Shown: positions 45,211-55,053 of the stretch, one piece after another | How the letters are laid out: every line of letters begins with the position of its first letter | How positions within the stretch are numbered: the stretch's first letter is position 1 | Virus record (IMG/VR): IMGVR_UViG_2974725113_000001 | Span: 87,074-151,073 of that record | Reading direction: 5' to 3' (one strand) | DNA from: Oliverocinquevirus OLIVR5 | Lineage: Duplodnaviria > Heunggongvirae > Uroviricota > Caudoviricetes | Length of the DNA: 64,000 nt | The notes under the pieces: generated by a model | Database searches by the model: none | What the model was told of the DNA's origin: nothing | What the model saw: only the letters and a program-made list of their open reading frames with translations | Position numbers and translations under genes: made by a program

Positions 45211-45398
45211 ATAGCGGCGTGAAGTTTTACTCGTTCCGTGTCCGTCTTCCTTCTGGCCGAACCGGAGCAACTGGGGTCTATGCGGACAACTATACGGCCG
45301 CGGTCGAGATAGCCAATTTCCTCTTTCCGAAGATGGTTATCACTGTCCCGACTCAAGAAGGGAAAGATGACAATTACGAGGAGAATGTAAATGGCTAA
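45207..45398 (+). CDS. hypothetical small protein
   Basis: 63-aa ORF with ATGA overlap. Confidence 0.35.
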   Translation: MNSGVKFYSFRVRLPSGRTGATGVYADNYTAAVEIANFLFPKMVITVPTQEGKDDNYEENVNG

Positions 45399-46206
45399 AA
45401 CGGCATCTGAAATCGCTGGAACGAAAGCTCTCTCCTTCGATTTCTCGATTCCTGACAAGAACGGAATGAGCATTCCGAAAATCCAGATTCGCGCATATCG
45501 AATCACGTCTAATCTCATGACCGGGATGGATAACGGAACCATCGATATCACGTCTCCGACATCGATCATCAATTCGGCTAAAAGGTCTCGTGAGCATTCG
45601 TGCACAGCGACTCTTCCAATCCCTGACAACCTTCGTTTCTCGACGGATTTCAATTGGAACGCTGAAGAGAAAAACCTTCTCGCGACTTTCGTCGGATCGT
45701 TGAACGCTCCTGAATCGTCTCGACAAGAAATCCAGTCTCCGAACGCGATCGGTATTGCGGTCGCTCGAGCAATCGAATCCGTCGATATGTTCGGCGGTGA
45801 TATGATTATCCGAAACATGGGTCTCTACTCTGATGCTCTTCGTGAGCTGTTCTTCAGAGGTCAAGAGTATCGAAAGTTCACCTGGAATTGGGAATTGGTT
45901 CCGAGGAATGCGATCGAAGCAGAACAGATGATGCTTTGCGTTCGTAAGCTCAATCTTGACTCTCATCCAGAGAAGCTCTCGCATGGTATCAACATTCTTC
46001 CTGGAGAATTCGAAGTCTCCTGGGTTGACGCCAAATTGCCAGCGATCGGAAAGCTCGTATGTACCAACTTCGAAGCGGACTACGGTGACGGCAGTCCTGT
46101 CCCTCGGTTCACACGTGACAAATATCCGTCTGCGATCAAGTTCACCATGAGTTTCATGGAGCTCGAACGCCAGGATAGGAAACAGCTCGAGAGGAGTCAA
46201 TATTAA
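45391..46206 (+). CDS. hypothetical protein
   Basis: 271-aa ORF. Confidence 0.45.
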   Translation: MAKTASEIAGTKALSFDFSIPDKNGMSIPKIQIRAYRITSNLMTGMDNGTIDITSPTSIINSAKRSREHSCTATLPIPDNLRFSTDFNWNAEEKNLLATFVGSLNAPESSRQEIQSPNAIGIAVARAIESVDMFGGDMIIRNMGLYSDALRELFFRGQEYRKFTWNWELVPRNAIEAEQMMLCVRKLNLDSHPEKLSHGINILPGEFEVSWVDAKLPAIGKLVCTNFEADYGDGSPVPRFTRDKYPSAIKFTMSFMELERQDRKQLERSQY

Positions 46207-46799
46207 TGGCTATTGGATTTTTCCGAAATTTCCCTATCGAAGTTTTCGAATTCGATGGCGAAAGGTATTCTCTCGAAGACCTGACGAGAAAGGTAGCATA
46301 CCGAGGAGAGGATTTTGACAACGGAGTCCTAGTGGAAGAGCTTCTCCTTACAGGAGAGCGTCCAGACACCCTGGCTCATATTCTCTACAATGACTCAAAC
46401 CTTTGGTGGACATTCTTCGTGGTGAACAACATCACGATCAACGAATGGCCCATGGAAGACAACGAGCTCGATCGGATGATGTATTCGAAATACACGGAAT
46501 GGCAGCTGATGCAGCCTTACGAATATCTCGATTCTGATGGCAAATCGATTCCTCCGGCAGGATGGTATTCATTTGAGGCCGATGGAAAGGAAATCTTCTA
46601 CGGTTTCGACAAAACTCAATTCAAGTCTGATATGCCTATCAGGAAGATCACAGGTTCGAATGGAGAGATGATCACTCTTCGAGAACACATCATCCGTGAG
46701 AATGAGGCGAAGAAAAAGATTTGGATCATTCGTCAGCAGTTCATTGGTGAATTCCGAGACGACTTCATCAAGAGAATTTCTGGTCAAAGAGACTACTAA
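46206..46799 (+). CDS. hypothetical protein
   Basis: 197-aa ORF. Confidence 0.45.
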   Translation: MAIGFFRNFPIEVFEFDGERYSLEDLTRKVAYRGEDFDNGVLVEELLLTGERPDTLAHILYNDSNLWWTFFVVNNITINEWPMEDNELDRMMYSKYTEWQLMQPYEYLDSDGKSIPPAGWYSFEADGKEIFYGFDKTQFKSDMPIRKITGSNGEMITLREHIIRENEAKKKIWIIRQQFIGEFRDDFIKRISGQRDY

Positions 46800-46801
46800 A
46801 A

Positions 46802-46869
46802 CCCTGAGGCGATTAATTTCGCCTCTGAGGGATTTAGCTGTTTACATCCACATCGAGATAGCGTATAAA
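46802..46869 (+). promoter_or_regulatory. PeSL-like element (hairpin GAGGCGA-TTAATT-TCGCCTC, then GAGGGATTTAGCTGTTTACA-N17-TATAAA)
   Basis: Hairpin at 46806..46825; -35 TTTACA at 46841..46846; -10 TATAAA at 46864..46869. Confidence 0.5.
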
Positions 46870-46929
46870 TAAATTGTCTGAACCAAACCGGTTCATTTCC
46901 CTCAACTCTAACCCATAAGGGTACAATAC

Positions 46930-47298
46930 ATGTCTATCGCAATTACCGGCTACTTCATCGTCAACTCTCGCGGTTACAAGACTGCAATCGCTCTTTCTGC
47001 CGGTCTCGCCGAAGGTATGATGTTCGTTGCAAATCCTGTTCGCAATCGTTCGATCACTACTCTTCGTGAAATGCATCATTTCGTTTCCAACCGTCTGGCT
47101 GCCGATCCTCAGGCACGCATCGAAGACTCTGAAGGCAATGTCCTGGAACAGCGCGAACTCTTCGACTTCGCTGCATACTCCCGCTACCGTACGACTGCTT
47201 CTGCTCGCAAGATCGTCGTCGACAAGGACAGCTTCAAGTTCGCTCATCTGACGCAACCAGAAATGAACGAAGTTTATTCGTCGATCTTCAACGCGTAA
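46930..47298 (+). CDS. hypothetical protein
   Basis: 122-aa ORF downstream of a PeSL-like element. Confidence 0.45.
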   Translation: MSIAITGYFIVNSRGYKTAIALSAGLAEGMMFVANPVRNRSITTLREMHHFVSNRLAADPQARIEDSEGNVLEQRELFDFAAYSRYRTTASARKIVVDKDSFKFAHLTQPEMNEVYSSIFNA

Positions 47299-47389
47299 TT
47301 CTTCTAACACGAAAACCTCCAGTTTTGAGACTCCTGCTGATCCACCGGCAGGAGTCTTCGCACGTTATAACTCCTACGAAAGGTAATGC

Positions 47390-48592
47390 ATGGCAAATGC
47401 TCTTTTAGATAAACTGAAGAAAGTCTCGGCTAACAAGATCAAGTCGAAGACTCTAGCAGACACGGATTTCTTCAATTCGAAGAAGTACGGCGCAGCTTTC
47501 GACACTCATCTTTTCAACCTGGCCGTATCTGGCAAGTTCAAGGATGGCGGCGTGACTCCTGGTGTTACGGTTCTCGCAGGTCCTTCTCGATCGCTCAAAA
47601 CCGTTTTTGGCATCTATGGTGTCAAGGCATTTCTAGACAAGTTCGAAGAAGGTATTTGTCTATTCTACGACTCGGAGTTCGGTGGTCCTGGTTACTGGGA
47701 AACTGCTGGCGTCGACATGGATCGTGTTCTCCATATTCCTATCAAGAATATCGAAGACCTCAAGTTCGACGTTCAGAACAAGCTCAACGAATTGACCGAC
47801 AAGGACAAGGTCATTATCTTCATCGACTCGATCGGCATGCTCGCATCGAAGAAGGAAGCTAATGACGCTCTCGAAGAGAATTCTGCAGCTGACATGACTC
47901 GAGCGAAGGAAATCAAATCCTTCTTCCGAATTGTCACTCCGACTCTGAACCAGTATCACATTCCTCTCCTGGCTATCAACTCTGTCCATGCGTCGTTCGA
48001 CAAGTATGCTCCGGTAGCTATGGGCGGCGGTACCGGCATTCTCCTGGCAGCCAACACCGTTCTGTTCTTCGCGAAGTCAAAGCTCAAGGATGAACGTTCG
48101 GACAAGGAAAAGAAGGCAGATACTTCTGGTCGTACGACGGATGACGGTCGCTTCGGTAACAAGTTCCGTATCACGATCGAGAAATCTCGTTTCATCAAGG
48201 AAGGCTCGAAATTCGAATTCGAAGTCGTCTACGGTGAACGTGGTCCAAATCGATACACTGGTCTCTACGAGATGGCTCTGAAGACTGGCGATATCTATTC
48301 TCCTTCGAACGGATGGCGTGCAGCCAGGACGATCGACAAGGACGGCAATATCCTTCCTGAAGACCAGCATCCGAAGTTCCGTGAGAAGGACAAGCGTCTC
48401 GATCCTGATTTCTGGGAAAAGACGATGTTCAAGCAGACCAACTTCGCTCAGAACGTTGAGAACCGAATTTCTCTCCAGTTTGTCGGTGGCGATGCTGCAG
48501 ACTTTACGGACGATGCTGACAATGCTTCTTACATTCCTCCGGATGACGATTTGCCTCCGCACGATCCTGTTACAGGCGAACTCGAAGACTGA
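47390..48592 (+). CDS. uvsX: RecA-like recombinase UvsX
   Basis: Walker A GPSRSLKT (T4 UvsX GPSKHFKS); FYDSEFGGP; VIIFIDSIGMLASKKE; 400 aa (T4 UvsX is 391 aa). Confidence 0.75.
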   Translation: MANALLDKLKKVSANKIKSKTLADTDFFNSKKYGAAFDTHLFNLAVSGKFKDGGVTPGVTVLAGPSRSLKTVFGIYGVKAFLDKFEEGICLFYDSEFGGPGYWETAGVDMDRVLHIPIKNIEDLKFDVQNKLNELTDKDKVIIFIDSIGMLASKKEANDALEENSAADMTRAKEIKSFFRIVTPTLNQYHIPLLAINSVHASFDKYAPVAMGGGTGILLAANTVLFFAKSKLKDERSDKEKKADTSGRTTDDGRFGNKFRITIEKSRFIKEGSKFEFEVVYGERGPNRYTGLYEMALKTGDIYSPSNGWRAARTIDKDGNILPEDQHPKFREKDKRLDPDFWEKTMFKQTNFAQNVENRISLQFVGGDAADFTDDADNASYIPPDDDLPPHDPVTGELED

Positions 48593-48597
48593 TATGG

Positions 48598-48662
48598 GAG
48601 GCCGGGAGATTAATTTCTCTCGGCCTTTTCTCATTTACAACTCCATTTTCCTGTGGTAAAAT
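48598..48662 (+). promoter_or_regulatory. PeSL-like element (terminator hairpin with TTAATT loop plus TTTACA-N17-TAAAAT)
   Basis: GGCCGGGAGA-TTAATT-TCTCTCGGCC then TTTT; -35 at 48634..48639; -10 at 48657..48662; lies between uvsX and the helicase gene. Confidence 0.5.
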
Positions 48663-48689
48663 TTCCACCTCTGAAACAGAAGGTAAAAC

Positions 48690-50087
48690 ATGCGCATTTC
48701 TACAGAACGACTAATCATCAACTCGCTCTTTGCGAATGATGAATATTTCCGGATGGCAGGTCAGTTCCTGAAGCCGGAATATTTCGAGGAGCAGGAAACT
48801 CGAACTATCTTCACTGTGATGAATGAGTACATAACGAAATACTCCGAACGTCCTTCGATCGTCGAAGTCCTCGGAATGGTTTCTGAGCTCTCGATCAATC
48901 CGGAGTCATCCGATCTTATCGAGGAAATCCTTCGATATGAGCCTGACGACGAAATATCCACAGAGTGGATGACCGACGTTTCTGAGGACTATTGCAAGCG
49001 CCGTGCCATGAAGATAGCTCTCATGGAGTCGTTGGATATCATCGAAGGGAAATCGAAAGCTCCTCTACACGCGGTTTCCGATCTGATGGACAGGGCAGTG
49101 AATTTCAAATTCGATCCTGACCTCGGTCTTAACTTCTATGAGGACATCGACAGGAAAATCGAGTCGTACGATGAGAACCTCACGAAAATCCCATTCAAGC
49201 TTGGTCTCCTCAACAAGATCACAAATGGTGGTATGGAGCGTAAGACGGTTAACGTCGTTGCAGCTCCGTCAGGTTTCGGTAAATCGATCTGGCTCGGCGA
49301 CGAAGCTGTTTTCCAATCGAAGCAAGGTCTGAACACGGTCTATGTCACTTTCGAAATGTCGGACACTCGTATTGGCAAGCGAATGGACGCTACTGCCAAC
49401 GAGAAGACTCTCGAAGAAATGCGGAAAATGTCCGAAGAAAGTCTTCGATCTACTTTCGAAGGTCTTCGGAATAAGAAACACGGATATCTGATCGTCAAGG
49501 AGTACGGCCCAGGCGAAATCACAGCTGCGAAGCTGAGACTATACCTGAAGGAAGTCGAGATGCACATGGGTGAGCCTGTGGACGTACTCGTTCTCGACTA
49601 CTTGAACCTCATGGTATCAGCTCGTGGAACGAAGGACAACAGCCTCTTCTTGAACGGCAAGTACGTTTCTGAAGACCTCGTTTCTCTCGCGAAGAAGTTG
49701 AACCTTGCAATTCTCACAGCTGTTCAGTTTGGTCGTGGAGGTCAGAAGAATTCTTCTCCTGAAGTTTCTGATATCGCGGAGTCTCAAGCCATCACGAATA
49801 CCGTCGATTTCCTTTTGGCAATGTTCGACACTGATGAGATGGCTGCAGCCAAACGAGCTATCGGTAAAATCCTCAAGAATAGATACGGGTCAAAGGACGA
49901 ACTGAAGACTTTCATCGTTGGTATCGAACGAGCGATGATGAGGTTCTTCGACGTTTCTGAAAACGAGTCTAAAGACCTTGCCGACAACGTGCGTGATAAC
50001 GGTCCGACAGACATTCATCGTGCACCGAAATTCGAAAAGAACGGAAAGATAGACAATGACGACTTTGGAACATTCTCGTTCGAGTGA
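48690..50087 (+). CDS. 41: replicative DNA helicase, DnaB-family (T4 gp41-like)
   Basis: Walker A VVAAPSGFGKS; RecA-fold motifs (VLVLDYLNLM, TAVQFGRGG); 465 aa; follows uvsX as in T4. Confidence 0.65.
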   Translation: MRISTERLIINSLFANDEYFRMAGQFLKPEYFEEQETRTIFTVMNEYITKYSERPSIVEVLGMVSELSINPESSDLIEEILRYEPDDEISTEWMTDVSEDYCKRRAMKIALMESLDIIEGKSKAPLHAVSDLMDRAVNFKFDPDLGLNFYEDIDRKIESYDENLTKIPFKLGLLNKITNGGMERKTVNVVAAPSGFGKSIWLGDEAVFQSKQGLNTVYVTFEMSDTRIGKRMDATANEKTLEEMRKMSEESLRSTFEGLRNKKHGYLIVKEYGPGEITAAKLRLYLKEVEMHMGEPVDVLVLDYLNLMVSARGTKDNSLFLNGKYVSEDLVSLAKKLNLAILTAVQFGRGGQKNSSPEVSDIAESQAITNTVDFLLAMFDTDEMAAAKRAIGKILKNRYGSKDELKTFIVGIERAMMRFFDVSENESKDLADNVRDNGPTDIHRAPKFEKNGKIDNDDFGTFSFE

Positions 50088-50445
50088 TTATAATCTCATC
50101 TCGGATATCCGAAAGGAAATAGACGACGGATGGAGTAAAGGAAGGACCCTGTATCGATATAGGGTTCCAGCCAGCGGAGTGCCAGCGCTGATCTCAGATT
50201 TGCTTGATGGTTCTACAATTCCTTCCGTCGAGGTCATCAGTCTGCGCCTGGCTCAGTTTAACAAGCCTCAATATCCTCTAACAACGAAGTTCAATGTTTT
50301 TGAAACTTCAGATTATCGAATCCGTCCTGGAACGGACAAGATGGTCATCTTCGACGGAGCCAACGAAATAATGCTAGAGGATATCCTGGCTATCAAAACA
50401 CAAGCGGCGAGCCATGTTGTCGTTCTCATTTTCGAATGGAGCTGA
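50056..50445 (+). CDS. hypothetical protein
   Basis: 129-aa ORF overlapping the helicase 3' end by 32 nt. Confidence 0.35.
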   Translation: MTTLEHSRSSDYNLISDIRKEIDDGWSKGRTLYRYRVPASGVPALISDLLDGSTIPSVEVISLRLAQFNKPQYPLTTKFNVFETSDYRIRPGTDKMVIFDGANEIMLEDILAIKTQAASHVVVLIFEWS

Positions 50446-50446
50446 A

Positions 50447-50722
50447 ATGGAAGAGTCAATTTTCGAAGAAGATGAAGACGTCCGTGTCATCATCAACGCA
50501 GGAAGAGTCCCTGATGGGTGGAGAGTCACGAAACTCAAAGGGACGAAGGAATATCGGATCGTGAAGACGATCAAAGTCTGGAATGAGAATAAGGTTCAGC
50601 AGAAGATCGAAGGTCTCTTCATTATAGACGGAAGTGCCAACATCAATTCGATCGATCCAGACACAGAGGTCGTTATGATTCTGCATCCGTACAATCTCCT
50701 TCAGATCATGGGAGAAGTGTAG
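50447..50722 (+). CDS. hypothetical protein
   Basis: In-frame ATG with GGAG RBS inside track ORF 50414..50722; acidic N-terminus. Confidence 0.4.
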   Translation: MEESIFEEDEDVRVIINAGRVPDGWRVTKLKGTKEYRIVKTIKVWNENKVQQKIEGLFIIDGSANINSIDPDTEVVMILHPYNLLQIMGEV

Positions 50723-50748
50723 CAAAATAATCCGAAAGGAATTTTGCT

Positions 50749-51336
50749 ATGATCGGATTCGACTACAGTATGAGCAGTCCCGCTATGTGCGTGACTCATA
50801 AAGGAATATTTGAAATCCACTTTGTGACCGCCAAGAAGAAATTCAAAGACTTCTTCGCTGAACAGAGTGGATTTCGCGTATACGGCCACTACTATGATCA
50901 TAAACGTGAAGGGCATGAGGACATCCAGCGATTTGGAACAATCGCAGGTAAATTCCTCGAAATCCTTCGTCACCACCATTTCGACACTGACCCTGTAGGT
51001 CTGGCATACTTCGAAGCATACGCGTTCGGAGCAAAAGGGATGTTGGCAAATATCGGCGAATGTACGGGCATCATGAAGCACGAGCTCGCGAAGATGGGAT
51101 TCAGGATCGAGACTATCTCTCCAACGTCCGTCAAGAAATATGCCTCCGGTGCTGGCAATGCCAAGAAGGAAGATATGGCTGAAGCCTTCAAGAACCAGAA
51201 TGGGTTCTATATCCATGACCTTCTTGGTTGCAAAATCGGCGATTCTCCAGCATCAGATGTCGTCGACGCATATTATGTCTACCTCTCCGGCAAGATGGAC
51301 CACCTCTCAAATGGATTGTTAAGAAATCCAAAATAG
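50749..51336 (+). CDS. RuvC-like Holliday-junction resolvase
   Basis: N-terminal MIGFDYSMSSPAMCV (RuvC MIILGIDPGSRVTGYGV with catalytic Asp); AYFEAYAFG (catalytic Glu); TISPTSVKKYASGAGNAKKEDMAEAF (RuvC [25 protein letters not shown]). Confidence 0.45.
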   Translation: MIGFDYSMSSPAMCVTHKGIFEIHFVTAKKKFKDFFAEQSGFRVYGHYYDHKREGHEDIQRFGTIAGKFLEILRHHHFDTDPVGLAYFEAYAFGAKGMLANIGECTGIMKHELAKMGFRIETISPTSVKKYASGAGNAKKEDMAEAFKNQNGFYIHDLLGCKIGDSPASDVVDAYYVYLSGKMDHLSNGLLRNPK

Positions 51337-51399
51337 TCTAAAAGAAGTATTCCACTCCGTCGAAAGCTGTGGTATAAGACAACTGTACGGGAAACTCCG

Positions 51400-51888
51400 A
51401 TGCCTTACAACCCTAATAAATATCCTAAAGCGAGGAACATCTCACGAAGCTTTGCCACTGACAGAAATTTCAATCTTGCTTTCTCACAGTTCGTTTACGG
51501 ACTAGGAAAGAATGGTTCTGGTAATACGCATTTCAGTTTCACGTCCTACGTGTCTTCGACTGAAGCTTATCCGGTAGCCTTTACTCCAGAAATCGCTGTT
51601 AAGTACGAAGTCGATCTGATCTTCATCGGTAATCTTCAGAATGAGTCGTGGATGATGTTCCACGTTTCTGAATTTAGACCGACTGACGATGGAACAGGAG
51701 AACCGAAAGCGAAGTATCTATCTTCGTTCAAGGTGCCTGTGAGTTTTGATCTTGAAGCGATCAGACGTTCTTACTTTGAAAGGCCAGCTGTCATCGACGG
51801 CGAAAACATTAGGTTCGAGTCTGGTCTCGGAGGTTCCCTGTTTGTCATCAACAAAACAGGACTTTCGAAAATTGACGAAGTTACTTAG
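51400..51888 (+). CDS. hypothetical protein
   Basis: 162-aa ORF. Confidence 0.4.
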   Translation: MPYNPNKYPKARNISRSFATDRNFNLAFSQFVYGLGKNGSGNTHFSFTSYVSSTEAYPVAFTPEIAVKYEVDLIFIGNLQNESWMMFHVSEFRPTDDGTGEPKAKYLSSFKVPVSFDLEAIRRSYFERPAVIDGENIRFESGLGGSLFVINKTGLSKIDEVT

Positions 51889-52466
51889 GTAATGTCCAAC
51901 CTTTGTACGATGCAGATTTTCCTAGGAGCAATTGGCTAATAGCTCCCTTGTTGAGGCCGTGTTCGAGACAGAATTCGGCCCTTCCAACAAACTCGTGTAA
52001 TATCCCATCTGGAGAAATCAATTTTCCTGATTTCATTCTTTTCGTAGTTCGATTTGCTCTTTGAATCGCAAACGTTTCTCGAAGTCTTCTTCTAGTTTCT
52101 TCTGAATTTTTTCGGAATTCCTGATTCTTTCCTTTTACGATTGATTTCCTCATGCTTCAATCGAGTTTCAGGGGACCATTTCCTAGCTCCTCCGAATCCT
52201 CCGGGAGCTAAATTGTAAAAGTCTTTAGACTCTATGGCGTCGTACTTAATAATGAAGTGTGCTTCCATAACAGAACACTCTTCCCTAGATTCGTATTCTC
52301 CTAAGATTTTGCATGAGAAGTTTTCAATTCCGTATTTCTTTATTGCTCTAGAGATTAATTTCCCTGAACCTCGATAATTGTCTTTTAGAGGATTAACGTT
52401 GTGCTGACCTATGTATTTCTTGCCGTTTAAGATATTCTCGGTCATATAGACATAAAACATTTCCAT
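51881..52466 (-). pseudogene. GIY-YIG homing endonuclease split by a frameshift
   Basis: ORF 52092..52466 carries the GIY-YIG core (FYVYMTENILNGKKYIGQ, NLAPGGFGG); the overlapping ORF 51881..52153 in another frame carries the basic C-terminal region (KNSEETRRRLRETF); the two halves overlap by about 60 nt. Confidence 0.5.
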
Positions 52467-52529
52467 TCTCCTTTAAGTTGTGTTATTTAAGAAAGGTACA
52501 CCGTTCGTGTAATCTCAAAAGGAAATTTA

Positions 52530-53129
52530 ATGACGCTACTAGAGAAATCAGACGCTGACTTATTAATGAAGCAGCTCGAAGTCGTTCGCATATCTTCAGG
52601 GATCATCAGAAATCATACTACGATGGTTTCGAACGGTTCTGCTTATTCGAACGGGGCCCATATCGGGAACTGTATTCAGCTCCTTCTCCTCGTTCTTCCT
52701 ACAGCATCTCCTGCACTTATTCGACACACGGTTTTCCACGACTATCCTGAGTTCGTGACCGGTGACATCGTCGGGGACGCCAAGGTCAAGTTCCCAGAGC
52801 TCAAAGCTGTTGTGGACATCATCGAAGAAAAGATCGACAAGGAGTTTATTATCCTTGACGGTTATGATATGAACGAGGCTGAACAGAAATTCTTGAAAGC
52901 ACTCGATCGTCTTGAGCTCTACATTTGGTGCCTCGAGCAATACCAGCTCGGCTGCCGTTCTCCGCGATTCATGAAAATGGTAGATCGCCTGGAAATCGCA
53001 GTCGTAGATTTCATCAACGCCGGATCGAAGATTGCCAAAGGAGATGACGATCTTATCTCTATTGATGAAGGCTTTAAGAAGCTCGGTGTCATCTACCGTC
53101 GAACATACGAATCATTCTTTGATATTTGA
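52530..53129 (+). CDS. HD-domain 5'-deoxynucleotidase (YfbR-like)
   Basis: FHDYPEFVTGDI matches YfbR YHDASEVLTGDLP; upstream His and downstream KALDRLELYIWCLEQ helix pattern; 199 aa. Confidence 0.55.
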   Translation: MTLLEKSDADLLMKQLEVVRISSGIIRNHTTMVSNGSAYSNGAHIGNCIQLLLLVLPTASPALIRHTVFHDYPEFVTGDIVGDAKVKFPELKAVVDIIEEKIDKEFIILDGYDMNEAEQKFLKALDRLELYIWCLEQYQLGCRSPRFMKMVDRLEIAVVDFINAGSKIAKGDDDLISIDEGFKKLGVIYRRTYESFFDI

Positions 53130-53142
53130 ATAAGGACAACTC

Positions 53143-53763
53143 ATGGCATTCCGCGTAGGATTCGTCGGATATAAAAACTCCGGCAAAACTCACATCTCAT
53201 CGAAGCTGAAGTCTGCATCGGCTTTCGTAAAGACGATCGGTTTTTCTGATCCACTTTATGAAACGGTCGTTGCAGCCACCGGTATTCCGATGGAAGATTT
53301 CCAGAACAAGGAAATCCGAGAACTTCCTGATCCTCGTCTTGGAGGTCGGTCTATCCAATATGCTCTGAACACTCTCGGCTCTGAATGGGGTCGGAAGATG
53401 ATGTTCGAAGAGATTTGGACGAACCGCGCCTTCAAAAATGAAGAAGACGACATGATCAACATTTTCGACAATGTTCGGTTTACAAACGAACTCGAAGGTG
53501 TTAGAAAAGGTTCGAAGAGTGTTCTCTTCGCTATCAAAAATCGAGACGTCAAAAACGACGGATCGTATCCAGAGAAGGAAATCGCTAAGCTCCAGAAGCA
53601 GTGCGATTTCGTGATCGATAACACAGGTCAACAGTTCGCGATGGACACTCACGCTATGACCTTGTTCCTCGATTATCTCCACGTCATATCCGCCAACAAT
53701 CTATCCATCGAAGAGGCAGCATATTGCCTTCACGGTGTGAAATATATTCTGCAGAAATTCTGA
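53143..53763 (+). CDS. 1: deoxynucleoside monophosphate kinase (T4 gp1-like)
   Basis: P-loop VGFVGYKNSGKTH matches gp1 LIFLSGVKRSGKDT; IGFSDPLYE matches LAGPIKDAL; RSIQYALNTLGSE matches RRLMQALGTD; 206 aa. Confidence 0.55.
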   Translation: MAFRVGFVGYKNSGKTHISSKLKSASAFVKTIGFSDPLYETVVAATGIPMEDFQNKEIRELPDPRLGGRSIQYALNTLGSEWGRKMMFEEIWTNRAFKNEEDDMINIFDNVRFTNELEGVRKGSKSVLFAIKNRDVKNDGSYPEKEIAKLQKQCDFVIDNTGQQFAMDTHAMTLFLDYLHVISANNLSIEEAAYCLHGVKYILQKF

Positions 53764-53773
53764 AAGGACTGAA

Positions 53774-54253
53774 ATGAAACCTGAACAAACCAAAACCGAA
53801 CACAACGCCGATATCCTCTTTGACAAAGTGCGCTCCATGCACGCGAAGTTCGGTTTCCACGACTCTGCCGACGCTATGAGCAATGAGGTATTCTGGGAAT
53901 TCATGAAGTTCCGAGTCAACGTCCAGATGCGTGAAGAACTCGAAGAAATCCTCACCGCCATCGAAAACCGTGATGCTGAAGAACTGTTCGACGGCTTGAT
54001 CGACATCGACGTTTTCCAGAAGGGCACTGTCGACTTCCTGGTCTCGAAGGAAAAGTATCTGGAAGGCTACGCTCGCGTGATGGATGCAAACCTGGCCAAG
54101 GAACGAGGCATCAAGCCAGGTCGTCCGAACCCTTTCAGACTTCCTGATCTTCTGAAGCCTGAAGGCTGGACAGCTCCGACCCATGAAGGTCTTTTCGACG
54201 AAATCCAGGCGCATTTTGATCGACCAGGTGTTTACAACGACGAAGCCGCGTGA
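53774..54253 (+). CDS. MazG-like all-alpha NTP pyrophosphohydrolase (candidate dCTPase/dUTPase, gp56 analogue)
   Basis: MREELEEILTAIENRDAEELFDGLIDIDVF fits the MazG ExxE...E...D metal-binding helix pattern; 159 aa. Confidence 0.5.
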   Translation: MKPEQTKTEHNADILFDKVRSMHAKFGFHDSADAMSNEVFWEFMKFRVNVQMREELEEILTAIENRDAEELFDGLIDIDVFQKGTVDFLVSKEKYLEGYARVMDANLAKERGIKPGRPNPFRLPDLLKPEGWTAPTHEGLFDEIQAHFDRPGVYNDEAA

Positions 54254-54287
54254 TAAGCTGAATTCGTAATCTGAAAAAGGAAAAGAA

Positions 54288-55052
54288 ATGACAAACGCCT
54301 ATCACACATTTGAAGATGCTTATGCTGACGTCTTGGACCAGATCGTCAACTTCGGCAATACTCGAGAATCGTCTTTCGGTTCTTCGAAGGAGCTTCGGAA
54401 CTTCGTCTACGAGATTGCCAATCCGAGCACATTTGTTGAAACTTGGCCGACTGAGCGAAAGCCATCTGAAGAATATGCAAAGGCTTTCGCCGATTGGGTT
54501 CTCTCAGGTTCTGACGTCATGCCGAAATCTTTGATCGAACTCAATCCGATTGCAGACAAGTTCAACTATCGTCGTGAAGACCTGGAAGCTTTCGAACTCC
54601 CATCGTCGTTCTCGGTCTTCTACGGTCCTCGTATCGCTCAGCAGTACGACAACGTCAAGAATGAACTTCGTGCATTCCCTGAGACTCGTCGAGCAGTCAT
54701 TTCTGTTCTCGATGGCATCAACGACAACAAGATGCTTTCAGCGCTCCGTGACGATCTTCTCCAGAAGGTCGAATATCCTTGTACGGTAGCTCTGATCTTT
54801 GATATCACGAAGGACACGGATGGAATTTCCTATCTGAACGTGACGTCGATGATGCGTTCGCAGAACATGGTCTCTGTATGGCCATATGACTTCTTCATCG
54901 CCAAAACTCTTCTCGAGAAAATGGCAAAGGATATCGGAGTCCAGGTCGGAACCGTCTCCGGCATTATTTCGTCTGCTCACATCTACGGTCGTGATGTAGA
55001 GTACGCGAAGTCTTTCGTAGAAGCCTACGATAATATTCCTTACGGAGGTTAA
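54288..55052 (+). CDS. 42: thymidylate-synthase-family enzyme, probably dCMP hydroxymethylase (T4 gp42-like)
   Basis: ETRRAV (TS DSRRII); catalytic YPCTVAL (TS APCH, gp42 MCTNTV); MRSQNMVSVWPYDFFIAKTLL (TS [20 protein letters not shown]). The residue aligned to TS Asn177 is Asp, as at gp42 Asp179; 254 aa (gp42 is 246 aa). Confidence 0.6.
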   Translation: MTNAYHTFEDAYADVLDQIVNFGNTRESSFGSSKELRNFVYEIANPSTFVETWPTERKPSEEYAKAFADWVLSGSDVMPKSLIELNPIADKFNYRREDLEAFELPSSFSVFYGPRIAQQYDNVKNELRAFPETRRAVISVLDGINDNKMLSALRDDLLQKVEYPCTVALIFDITKDTDGISYLNVTSMMRSQNMVSVWPYDFFIAKTLLEKMAKDIGVQVGTVSGIISSAHIYGRDVEYAKSFVEAYDNIPYGG

Positions 55053-55053
55053 T

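Noticed and set aside
46864-46871. Exact T4 late-promoter octamer TATAAATA
   Set aside because: It sits exactly 17 nt downstream of a TTTACA hexamer inside a PeSL-like element. It is more parsimoniously the -10 of an early-type promoter than a gp55 late promoter.
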